From contig CACMRE010000002.1 in assembly GCA_902616025.1 (NCBI GenBank), positions 48 to 64,047 of the forward strand: a stretch of 64,000 bases of DNA. Reading direction: 5' to 3'. Under the pieces are notes generated by a model. The model was not told the origin of the DNA. It searched no databases and saw nothing but the letters and a program-made list of their open reading frames with translations. The number at the start of each line of letters is the position of its first letter. Position 1 is the stretch's first letter. Made by a program: the position numbers and the translations under genes. Source of the stretch: an uncultured Pelagibacteraceae bacterium. Lineage in GTDB: Bacteria > Pseudomonadota > Alphaproteobacteria > Pelagibacterales > Pelagibacteraceae. This document shows, one piece after another, positions 40,115 through 48,271 of this stretch.

Positions 40115-41102
40115 AAATAACTTTCTTGAGTCGATTGGAAATACTCCTTTAATTAAATTAAAAGCAGCTTCTGAAATCACAGGATGTCATATTTTTGGTA
40201 AAGCGGAATATCTTAATCCAGGTGGATCAGTTAAAGATAGAGCTGCTCTTGCTTTAATTAAAGATGCACAGGAAAAAAAATTAATTTCAGAGGGGGGAAT
40301 TGTAGTTGAAGGCACTGCTGGAAATACTGGAATTGGTTTATGTCTTTTAGGAAATTCTTTAGGTTATAAAACAATTATTGTAATGAATGATAATCAAACA
40401 CAAGAAAAAAAAGATACTTTAAAAAACATAGGTGCAGATCTTAGGTTGGTACCACCCAAACCATATAAAGATGATGGTAATTATGTAAAAGTCGCAGGTC
40501 GTCTTGCTGAAGAATTAAAAAGTACAAATAATAATGGTGTAGTTTGGGCTAATCAATTTGATAACACTGCCAATGCAAAAGGTCACTATGAAACCACAGG
40601 ACCAGAAATCTGGGAACAAACTGACGGAAAAGTAGATGGTTTTGTTTGTGCTTCTGGAACAGGTGGAACTATAGGTGGTGTAAGTAAATTTTTAAAAGAA
40701 AAAAATAAAGATGTTAAAATTTATTTATCTGATCCGACAGGTTCTGCTCTTTATAATTATATTACGAATGGTGAATTAAAAGCTGAAGGAGGATCAATTA
40801 CTGAAGGAATTGGTTCAAGTCGAGTAACTAAAAATTTTGCTGAGGCAAAAATTGATGGTGCTTATTCAATTAGTGATGAAGAGTCATTACCAATACTTTA
40901 TGATTTAATTCAAAATGAGGGTTTAAGTTTAGGAACCAGTTGTGGTGTAAATATTGCAGGTGCAATTAGACTTGGAAAAGAACTTGGCCCAGGAAAAACT
41001 ATTGTAACTATTCTTTGTGATAAGTCTGATAAATACAACTCAAAGATGTTTAATAAATCTTTTTTAAAGGAAAAAAACCTTCCAATACCTAGCTGGTTAT
41101 AA
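40101..41102 (+). CDS. cysK: Cysteine synthase
   Basis: Start ATG 40101 (MTQIKNN); [15 protein letters not shown] and GTGGT motifs. Confidence 0.93.
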   Translation: MTQIKNNFLESIGNTPLIKLKAASEITGCHIFGKAEYLNPGGSVKDRAALALIKDAQEKKLISEGGIVVEGTAGNTGIGLCLLGNSLGYKTIIVMNDNQTQEKKDTLKNIGADLRLVPPKPYKDDGNYVKVAGRLAEELKSTNNNGVVWANQFDNTANAKGHYETTGPEIWEQTDGKVDGFVCASGTGGTIGGVSKFLKEKNKDVKIYLSDPTGSALYNYITNGELKAEGGSITEGIGSSRVTKNFAEAKIDGAYSISDEESLPILYDLIQNEGLSLGTSCGVNIAGAIRLGKELGPGKTIVTILCDKSDKYNSKMFNKSFLKEKNLPIPSWL

Positions 41103-41117
41103 TATCGCATATCAGCC

Positions 41118-41137
41118 ATGTAACAAAACAGTTACAT
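41118..41137. promoter_or_regulatory. Perfect palindromic operator upstream of the small-gene array
   Basis: ATGTAAC-AAAACA-GTTACAT. Confidence 0.55.
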
Positions 41138-41170
41138 TTTTAGAATAATATTAATTAACATCGAGGGGTC

Positions 41171-41545
41171 ATGAAGAAATATATAGCAGTAATACTATCC
41201 TTATTAATTTTTACATCTGCACATGCAGGTATGAGTAAGGATGATAAATCTAAAGCCTGGGATTGTATTGGAATTTATATGGCAAATTACTTTTTACCAT
41301 CTGGTGAAAAATTTGAATATGGCATGAAAGAAAAATCTATTTCAACAGTAAAAGTTTTAAAAACGTATGCTCTTGAAATTGGTATTCCAGAAAAAGAATG
41401 GGATGAAGGAGTAAATAAAGCAGTTGATAAGCATTATGGCTCCAAATACGACCAAGCTAAAACTGAAAAATGTCATACATTTGTTGAAGCTTTAGTTCCG
41501 AATGGAGCTGAACGAGTAAAAAAAGTAGTTCAAACTTTATATTAA
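41171..41545 (+). CDS. Secreted hypothetical protein
   Basis: Signal peptide ending AHA; two Cys; GAGGGG RBS. Confidence 0.8.
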   Translation: MKKYIAVILSLLIFTSAHAGMSKDDKSKAWDCIGIYMANYFLPSGEKFEYGMKEKSISTVKVLKTYALEIGIPEKEWDEGVNKAVDKHYGSKYDQAKTEKCHTFVEALVPNGAERVKKVVQTLY

Positions 41546-41562
41546 TAAAAAAGGAGAAAAAA

Positions 41563-41853
41563 ATGGAAAAAGAAATGTTAGTACTTCTTAAGCTTAAAGA
41601 GGGTAAATTAGAAACTTTCATGGGTTGGATGCAATCAGATGAAGGGATGGGTGTTAGAAAAAGTGTTGCCTATCCAGAAAAAACTGTTGGAGCCATGATT
41701 CCAGATAAAAGTGGGATGTTATTTAAAGTTAATGTTCATAATGAAGCTGGAATGAAAGAATTTGTAACTGGGAATAACCCTACTGCAAAGGCTATTTACG
41801 CAGAATGTGTAGAGAGTGCTAAATTATATGAACTATCTGAAGTAAATTTATAA
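41563..41853 (+). CDS. Hypothetical protein, possibly dimeric alpha+beta barrel
   Basis: AAGGAG RBS; LKLKEGKLETF resembles ABM/NIPSNAP N-termini. Confidence 0.75.
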   Translation: MEKEMLVLLKLKEGKLETFMGWMQSDEGMGVRKSVAYPEKTVGAMIPDKSGMLFKVNVHNEAGMKEFVTGNNPTAKAIYAECVESAKLYELSEVNL

Positions 41854-41862
41854 GGAGTATAA

Positions 41863-42069
41863 ATGAAAAAAATAATGTTAACGCTTTGTTTGATCTTATT
41901 TATGAGCTCAGCATACGCAGGTTCATGTCCGATGTTAGCTAAAAATATTGATGATAAGATTAAAAAAGCTCAAGAACTTAAAGATCAAGGTATGGATGCC
42001 CATAATAATGGTGATCATGCTAAGTCTGAAAAACTTTTAAATGAAGCACTTGCTTTATTTAAAAGCTAA
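41863..42069 (+). CDS. Small secreted helical protein
   Basis: Signal peptide ending AYA; mature N-terminus GSCP; HNNGDH motif. Confidence 0.75.
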   Translation: MKKIMLTLCLILFMSSAYAGSCPMLAKNIDDKIKKAQELKDQGMDAHNNGDHAKSEKLLNEALALFKS

Positions 42070-42084
42070 ACACAAAGGAGAAAA

Positions 42085-42375
42085 ATGAAAAACTATATAG
42101 TCACGCACACTTTTAAATCAAAAGAGGCAAAAGCTAAAATGATAGAAGTTACTGGTTCAATGTCTATGGAAGATATGACTAAAGCAATGACAAGTGATAA
42201 TGCAAAGTGTCAAATGAGTTGGAATACACCTGGAGACAATCTAACAATGTATTGTTGGTGGAAAGGTACTGATCCAGATGCAATTAATAAACAATTAGAG
42301 TCTATGAACGACTTCTATGAACCTCATAAATTTGTTGAGTGTACAGATGATGTTATAGATTTTAATGCTAAATAA
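42085..42375 (+). CDS. Hypothetical protein, possibly dimeric alpha+beta barrel
   Basis: AAGGAG RBS; YIVTHTF...YCWW..TDPDAI pattern. Confidence 0.75.
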   Translation: MKNYIVTHTFKSKEAKAKMIEVTGSMSMEDMTKAMTSDNAKCQMSWNTPGDNLTMYCWWKGTDPDAINKQLESMNDFYEPHKFVECTDDVIDFNAK

Positions 42376-42409
42376 AAATGCCTAAATTTTTACCAAATGA
42401 GGAGAAACA

Positions 42410-42727
42410 ATGAAGGTAATTTATACTAGAACAATGAGAGTAAAAGATGACGGCCTAGGAAAAGCAATGGAAATAGGAAAAGGTTTAGCGGCAGTCAGAA
42501 AAAAACATTATCCTAAACATGATGTCTATTTTTCTTTTCAAATGGGTGGAGATCCAAGAACAATAAGAGAAACTTTAATTGGAACTATGTTTGAAGGTGA
42601 TAACGAAGCTGACGCTAACATGTCGGCAGATCCTGAATATATAAAACTTTTAGATCAATTAAAAGAAGTTGCCATAGAAGGAACTATAAAGGACGAGATA
42701 AGACCAATATTTAGTGAAGGAGACTAA
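42410..42727 (+). CDS. Hypothetical protein (NIPSNAP-like tail)
   Basis: GAGGAG RBS; ADPEYIKLL motif. Confidence 0.72.
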   Translation: MKVIYTRTMRVKDDGLGKAMEIGKGLAAVRKKHYPKHDVYFSFQMGGDPRTIRETLIGTMFEGDNEADANMSADPEYIKLLDQLKEVAIEGTIKDEIRPIFSEGD

Positions 42728-42730
42728 ATA

Positions 42731-43147
42731 ATGTTAGAAAAATTTAATGGAATATTTTATTTAGCAGTTTTTATAATCCATTTTATAGGATTTGCTTATT
42801 ATGGATTTAGATGCGTTTTCCAGACAAAGTCCTTTTTGGATAAATATGGTATCGACGATACTGGTGCAGGAATGGTTAGATTTTTTGGATCAATATTTCT
42901 TGGTTCCGTAGTTATGGCTATTTATGTTGGTTTTATAAGACCTAATGGTTTAGAGACAACATGGGCATTCTTTAACTTGATCTTCTTGCAAAACTTATCT
43001 GCATTTATTGTTGGCTTTTATAACACAAAAATTAATAAACTTGGACACACAGACAAAACATCGGATGAGGGGATTTATGCTCCATTAGTTTTGACTATAC
43101 TTAGTGCTGTGATGATCTATGGTTTTAGTGACAAAATTTATATTTAA
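42731..43147 (+). CDS. Four-TM membrane protein
   Basis: Four hydrophobic segments. Confidence 0.75.
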   Translation: MLEKFNGIFYLAVFIIHFIGFAYYGFRCVFQTKSFLDKYGIDDTGAGMVRFFGSIFLGSVVMAIYVGFIRPNGLETTWAFFNLIFLQNLSAFIVGFYNTKINKLGHTDKTSDEGIYAPLVLTILSAVMIYGFSDKIYI

Positions 43148-43164
43148 CAACAAAGGAGTACAAA

Positions 43165-43485
43165 ATGTCGATGTTAGAGAAATATACCAATGCAATTGAT
43201 AAAAAAGATGAGTCAATTATGAATGAACTTTTGCATGATGACTTTAAATTCACAATGCACAAGTCAGGAAAAACCATAGGAAAAGCAGATGTTATAAAGT
43301 GGGCAATGAGCGGTGATATAAACCAAGATAAAGCTAGAGTGGTCTACGAAAATGATGAAATTGGAGTTCACCATTCAATAGTTACATTTAATGATGGGAA
43401 TGTTGAGGCAGTAATGGCAGTTTATAAATATAAAGATGGAAAAATTATAAGTTTAGAGACTGGCGCCACTCCAATGCCAAAATAA
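43165..43485 (+). CDS. NTF2/SnoaL-like protein
   Basis: ELLHDDF...KDGKIISLETG pattern; AAGGAG RBS. Confidence 0.82.
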   Translation: MSMLEKYTNAIDKKDESIMNELLHDDFKFTMHKSGKTIGKADVIKWAMSGDINQDKARVVYENDEIGVHHSIVTFNDGNVEAVMAVYKYKDGKIISLETGATPMPK

Positions 43486-43704
43486 GTGAGTCAATTACTT
43501 TTTCTTAGTATAATTATAACTGCACTTGATATTTTTTTAATCATTTACGCGTTGACTATCCCACTTTATCCAAAAAAATGGCGAAAAGAGGTAAATAAAA
43601 AATATAAAAATGAGACAGCTACTGGAGTAACAATAATTTTTGTAACGATGGCAGCTTGTTTTTTATGGGTAATTTATTTTTATTTCTTAATTTTTGATTT
43701 ATAA
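43486..43704 (+). CDS. Small two-TM membrane protein
   Basis: GTG start abutting the previous stop; two hydrophobic helices. Confidence 0.6.
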   Translation: MSQLLFLSIIITALDIFLIIYALTIPLYPKKWRKEVNKKYKNETATGVTIIFVTMAACFLWVIYFYFLIFDL

Positions 43705-43710
43705 TTTTCT

Positions 43711-43932
43711 ATGTTTCCAAAAAAATATTCAAAATTAATATTCATATTTTTTATGGGTCTTGGCATGAGCTTGATCATGACACTTATAATTACATATATC
43801 AATACAGGTTATGATGAACTTTATTATATGAGATTTTTTAAAGCTTGGTCAGTAAGCTTACCTGTTGCATTAGTTGCCACAACAATTGTAGCTCCTATAG
43901 TTGAAAAATTTGTAGATAAAATTACCAAATAA
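43711..43932 (+). CDS. DUF2798-like membrane protein
   Basis: MSLIMT...NTG...AW...PVA...P pattern. Confidence 0.78.
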   Translation: MFPKKYSKLIFIFFMGLGMSLIMTLIITYINTGYDELYYMRFFKAWSVSLPVALVATTIVAPIVEKFVDKITK

Positions 43933-43948
43933 TAATACTCTTTATATT

Positions 43949-44284
43949 GTGAGTAATATAATTGCCTACATAGTTCTTATACTTGCAGTAATTTTGGGGA
44001 CTGCAGCAAATGGTTTTGCTAAAGGAGCCAATGGTTTTACATTATTATTACCAAGCTTATTAACAGCAATAACAATAGTTGCTTGTATGTTTACATTATC
44101 AATTGTTATGAAAACTATTCCTGTGGGTATTACTTATGCCTCATTTGCAGGTCTATGTATTATCGCCACAACAATTGTTGGGGTATATAAATTTAATCAA
44201 ATGCCAGACGTTTTCACTATTGTTGGTTTAATTTTAATTATTTCAGGAGTGTTAATAGTTAATCTTCTTGGTAAAACAAATTAA
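43949..44284 (+). CDS. SMR/DMT-family transporter subunit (lacks Glu14)
   Basis: Four TMs; K...GF, PVGITYA..G and GLILIISGV motifs. Confidence 0.85.
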   Translation: MSNIIAYIVLILAVILGTAANGFAKGANGFTLLLPSLLTAITIVACMFTLSIVMKTIPVGITYASFAGLCIIATTIVGVYKFNQMPDVFTIVGLILIISGVLIVNLLGKTN

Positions 44285-44288
44285 ATTT

Positions 44289-44624
44289 ATGACTAATTTA
44301 TCTGGATATATATTTCTTCTACTGGCAATTATCTTAGGCATTACTTCAAATGGTTTTTTAAAATCAACTAATGGATTTACCAATATTGGCCCAACAATTT
44401 TTTGTGCAATATCAATAGTTGCTTGTATTTTTTGTTTATCAAAAGCAATGAATATCATTCCTGTAGGTTTCACTTATGCTACGTACGGGGGACTAACAAT
44501 TACTGCAGTAACTTTATTTGGTGTGTTTAAATATAATCAAATACCAAATCTCTATGGTATTATTGGGATAGCTCTAATTATTATTGGTGTGATTCTTTTA
44601 AATACTCTTGGTAAAACTACTTAG
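44289..44624 (+). CDS. SMR/DMT-family transporter subunit (lacks Glu14)
   Basis: Start ATG 44289; paralog of the previous gene. Confidence 0.85.
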   Translation: MTNLSGYIFLLLAIILGITSNGFLKSTNGFTNIGPTIFCAISIVACIFCLSKAMNIIPVGFTYATYGGLTITAVTLFGVFKYNQIPNLYGIIGIALIIIGVILLNTLGKTT

Positions 44625-45423
44625 TTATTGGTCTAAGCATTTTTAGAATTTTATTATGAATATTATTGTTAACTGAAGCAACAATATTTCCACCTTTAAC
44701 TGCATCAGTATTTTTCCATGTACTAACAACTCCACCAGCTGCTTTTATAATTGGTATCAAAGGGTGAATATCCCAAATTTTATTTCCACATTGAATAACC
44801 ACATCAACTTTACCCTCGGCAAGATGTGAGTAGCTAAGAGCATCTGCACAAGGAAACTGCATTAGTTTTAAAATTTTGGGTATTTTTTTTTGTTTATTTA
44901 AAGATAACATGCCATGAAAAGCAGCAGACATCTTTATATTTTTGAATAATATTTTTTTATTAACTTTAATTTTTCTTTTTTTTCTTTGATCCACAACATA
45001 TGCAACTTTATCTGAGGCATTAAAATAATGTTTTTTAAGAACGGGATAATTTGCCAGTCCAATTACAGGGTTGCCTTTATAATTCAAAGAAATTAAGTTA
45101 CTCCAAGTAGGATTACCAATTACATAAGATCTGGTTCCATCTATTGGATCAATGACCCAGGTAAAATCACTTTTGGTTTTCTTTTTGCCAAACTCCTCAC
45201 CTATGACTTGGTGATTAGGAAACCTTTTTTCTATCTCTTTCCTGATAAATTTTTCAAAAGCTTTATCTGAGGTTGTAACAGGATCGAATCCTTTGCCTCT
45301 TAATTTGTTAGAGACTTTAAAAGTTCTATTGAGCTTAGAGTAATAAAACTTAGTAAGTTTTCTAGCTAAGCTATCAACAAACTTAGAATATCTTTTAAAA
45401 TCTGATGAATTTAATTTTGACAC
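44617..45423 (-). CDS. Inositol monophosphatase family (HisN-like)
   Basis: DPVT..D, GEE, WVIDPIDGT and WDI motifs. Confidence 0.9.
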   Translation of the reverse strand: MSKLNSSDFKRYSKFVDSLARKLTKFYYSKLNRTFKVSNKLRGKGFDPVTTSDKAFEKFIRKEIEKRFPNHQVIGEEFGKKKTKSDFTWVIDPIDGTRSYVIGNPTWSNLISLNYKGNPVIGLANYPVLKKHYFNASDKVAYVVDQRKKRKIKVNKKILFKNIKMSAAFHGMLSLNKQKKIPKILKLMQFPCADALSYSHLAEGKVDVVIQCGNKIWDIHPLIPIIKAAGGVVSTWKNTDAVKGGNIVASVNNNIHNKILKMLRPITK

Positions 45424-45489
45424 ATGGGACTATTACTATTTAATTTATATTGATTAAAGTAAAATTTTAAATAATTCTCTTATTATTGT

Positions 45490-46590
45490 ATGAAAATAGA
45501 ATTAAACGATAACAAAGTGTTTTTTGAAAAACAGGGTGCAAAAAAAGAAATTCACCCTTTCTGGCTAAGAGAACGGGTAAATAGTGAGAACTTTTTAGAC
45601 CAAAAAACTCAACAAAGATTATTTGATCCAACAATGCTTAAAAATAGCTCAGAAATTTCAAAAGTAAATATTTCAGATAAATTTCTTGAGGTAAGTTTTA
45701 AAGATGGAGCAAACGCAAAACTAGTTATCGAAAATATACTTAAAGAGTTTGAGAAAGATAATGAATTATACTTTATCAATAAAATTTCATGGAAATCAGA
45801 GTTTCAAAATAACAATATTTATAAGTTTGATAAAAACTTTTTTGAGGAAAAAATAATGTATGAATCTTTATTAGACTTTTACAAATATGGATTTGTTATA
45901 TTTGAAAATGTTCCTACCCAAGATAACTTTATTGTCAATTTCGCTAATTCAATTGGAAGTATTAGACGAACTAATTTCGGTGAGTTTTTTAATGTCAAAT
46001 CAAAACCAAATCCAAATGATCTTGCCTATACTTCATTACCTTTAGCACCGCATACTGACAATCCTTATAGAAAACCAGTGCCTTGTATACAATTGCTGCA
46101 TTGCATCGAAAATGAAGTTGATGGTGGCTTATCAACGTTAGTTGATGGTCTTGCTGTAACAGAAGAATTAAAAAAAGAGCATCCAAGTTTTTTTCAAATT
46201 TTAACCGAAATAAAAGTCAGATTTCAATTTGTCGATGATAATGTTGTTTTAGAAGACTGGGCAGAAATGATCCGACTTGATGAAAACAAAAGACTTAAAC
46301 AAGTCAGATTTAGTCCTCGATTAGATTTTGTGCCCTTAATGGATAAGGAAAAATTAGAATTATATTACGCAGCTAGAAACAAAATATCAGAAATGTACAA
46401 CTCAGAAAAATTCAGAATTGAATTTAAATTAAAACCTGGTGATCTATTAATGATGGATAACTATAGACTTTTACACGGCAGAACCGAATATAATGCTAAT
46501 GAAGGTAATCGATTTTTACAAGGTTGCTATATAGATTATGATAGCACTGAGGGAAAACTTAAACACTTGAAAAGAAAATTTAATATATAG
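45490..46590 (+). CDS. Fe(II)/2OG dioxygenase, gamma-butyrobetaine hydroxylase-like
   Basis: WLR N-domain; HTDNPY, QLLHC and DNYRLLHGR motifs. Confidence 0.9.
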   Translation: MKIELNDNKVFFEKQGAKKEIHPFWLRERVNSENFLDQKTQQRLFDPTMLKNSSEISKVNISDKFLEVSFKDGANAKLVIENILKEFEKDNELYFINKISWKSEFQNNNIYKFDKNFFEEKIMYESLLDFYKYGFVIFENVPTQDNFIVNFANSIGSIRRTNFGEFFNVKSKPNPNDLAYTSLPLAPHTDNPYRKPVPCIQLLHCIENEVDGGLSTLVDGLAVTEELKKEHPSFFQILTEIKVRFQFVDDNVVLEDWAEMIRLDENKRLKQVRFSPRLDFVPLMDKEKLELYYAARNKISEMYNSEKFRIEFKLKPGDLLMMDNYRLLHGRTEYNANEGNRFLQGCYIDYDSTEGKLKHLKRKFNI

Positions 46591-46591
46591 A

Positions 46592-46771
46592 TTATTTGTT
46601 AAAGCAATTGTTAACTAATATTGCCATTAATATCCAAATTATAAATGTTTCCCCATGACTAAATGTGTAATCAGCTCCAGCAAAACCTGCTGCAATATTG
46701 ATAGCGTAAATAATTATCGTAGAGACAATTAAGCTTACAAGTAAGTTAATTAATCCTTTCACATATTTCAT
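46592..46771 (-). CDS. 59-aa two-TM membrane protein (not in ORF track)
   Basis: Manual translation MKYVKGLINLLVSLIVSTIIIYAINIAAGFAGADYTFSHGETFIIWILMAILVNNCFNK; its stop abuts the convergent dioxygenase stop. Confidence 0.7.
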   Translation of the reverse strand: MKYVKGLINLLVSLIVSTIIIYAINIAAGFAGADYTFSHGETFIIWILMAILVNNCFNK

Positions 46772-46866
46772 AATGAAACAATATAGATATTAAAACTCAA
46801 TGCAATTTTTAATTTTCTATTTTTAAGTGAAGTTTTTTTAAGATGTGGGAAGACTAATAAATAGTT

Positions 46867-46925
46867 AGGTTGTATTCAAGAAATATATTTAATTAATTTG
46901 TAAATAAATATCTTGAATACAACCT
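46867..46925. repeat. Long inverted repeat (15-bp perfect arms, extendable to ~25 bp)
   Basis: AGGTTGTATTCAAGA (46867-46881) / TCTTGAATACAACCT (46911-46925). Confidence 0.9.
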
Positions 46926-46937
46926 TGCTGAAATTTA

Positions 46938-47113
46938 ACCTCTAATTAAGGAGGTAGTTTTAATGAATCAAATGCCACCTGACACTTAGCTGGGTAGCTT
47001 TATATTTCATAAAAACGAAAACAAAAAACTTAAAGTCTATTCGGACTTAAATGCCATCAAGGCAACTTAAGGGAGCTCTTTTGGCTGGAGAGCAAAAGGG
47101 CAACCCCTTAAGT
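46938..47113 (+). other. Candidate structured RNA with micro-ORF (MNQMPPDT*)
   Basis: TAAGGAGGT SD, ATG at 46963, TAG at 46987-46989; several hairpins downstream. Confidence 0.45.
47065..47113. terminator. GC-rich long hairpin, likely terminator or RNA 3' structure
   Basis: ACTTAAGGG-AGCTCTTTTG-GCTGGAGAGC-AAAAGGGC-AAC-CCCTTAAGT. Confidence 0.65.
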
Positions 47114-47122
47114 AAATTGAAT

Positions 47123-47830
47123 TTACTTTTTTAAAATTCGGCAAATTAATTTATCTTTAAAATTTAGTCTTTTGTTATATTTCCTGCTGATTTCGCTTAT
47201 TCCTTTAAAAATATCTGCACTACTTAAATGCAATAATGTTGAAATGTATCGATTTTTAATCATTTCTACATATTTCTCTCTCGATATTTTTACTTTAAAA
47301 GAAAACATTTTTGAAATACTTCCAGGATATAAAACATTTATATATCTCAGTATTTTTTGATCTCTTTTAAGCGATTTATTCAATTTTTTTTTCATTTTTA
47401 AAAAAGTGGGAATCTCATTTTTAGATGTAGCCAAGGTAAATATTGCTATCCGACCGCCAGAATTAAGACAATTCATACATAGTAAAAATAGTTTTTTTAT
47501 ATCTTTAAGTGGTAAAAAATGAATTGTTTGTTTTAGTAAAATTAAATCAAATTTTTTTTTATTCTTTTTTAAGTAACTTATTGCGTCAGTTTTATTAAAA
47601 ATAATTCTTTTATCTCGATCTTTATGTTGCTCAATATCAATACCTATTGGCTTCTTAATTAATCTAAGCTTAGATGTTAGGTTTCCTAATATTTTACCTC
47701 TGCCACATCCAATATCTAAAATTTCAGAATTCTTATTGAGTTTAGTTTCTTTGATTAAGAATTTGTTAAATGATTTAATATAACTGGTTGATGAAAGCCA
47801 AGTTTTATTGTCCCAATTCTTTAATGACAC
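47123..47830 (-). CDS. Class I SAM-dependent methyltransferase
   Basis: ILDIGCGRG and FDLI...Q.IH motifs. Confidence 0.85.
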   Translation of the reverse strand: MSLKNWDNKTWLSSTSYIKSFNKFLIKETKLNKNSEILDIGCGRGKILGNLTSKLRLIKKPIGIDIEQHKDRDKRIIFNKTDAISYLKKNKKKFDLILLKQTIHFLPLKDIKKLFLLCMNCLNSGGRIAIFTLATSKNEIPTFLKMKKKLNKSLKRDQKILRYINVLYPGSISKMFSFKVKISREKYVEMIKNRYISTLLHLSSADIFKGISEISRKYNKRLNFKDKLICRILKK

Positions 47831-48267
47831 GCAATATTAAATTTTTTTAATCGCCAATAATTATAGGGCCAAGGAGTTAAAAAACCAGCTAAGAGCATAA
47901 TTGGCACAACCCACCATGTTAATATTGCACCACCAGTCAAAAAGTAATCAGTTAAGTTCATTGCAACTTCCATACTTATCATTGATATAAAACTCATTCC
48001 AATTGCAGTTTTAAAAGCTTTTGAAAAATCAAAACTTTGTCTCATTAATATAATTGTTTCCAAAATGATACTTGTAATCAAACCATTAATGATAGCTAAA
48101 ATCATAATTCCTAGAACAGGAAATGGAATTTGTGTTAGCTGAAAAAATAAAATTGTACCCAAATCTCCGATCGCACAACCCAATAAACACCAAGCGGTGT
48201 TTTTAGCACTTCTTTTCCAGGTATGTTTGCATGACCAATGAAAATTAGCCTTCGCAGTTGTGTCCAT
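47821..48267 (-). CDS. DUF4396-like membrane protein
   Basis: NTAWCLLGCAIGD, SMISME and PWPYNYW motifs. Confidence 0.82.
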   Translation of the reverse strand: MDTTAKANFHWSCKHTWKRSAKNTAWCLLGCAIGDLGTILFFQLTQIPFPVLGIMILAIINGLITSIILETIILMRQSFDFSKAFKTAIGMSFISMISMEVAMNLTDYFLTGGAILTWWVVPIMLLAGFLTPWPYNYWRLKKFNIACH

Positions 48268-48271
48268 TAAG

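Noticed and set aside
41171-44624. True integron or prophage remnant
   Set aside because: Spacers are too short for attC sites; no IntI, recombinase or phage hallmark genes.
47065-47113. Glycine riboswitch (contains GGAGAG), tmRNA, SRP or RNase P RNA
   Set aside because: Remaining conserved cores are absent (no CCGAAG/CTCAGG, no tRNA-like ends, no GAGGAAAGTCC) and there is no downstream + strand gene.
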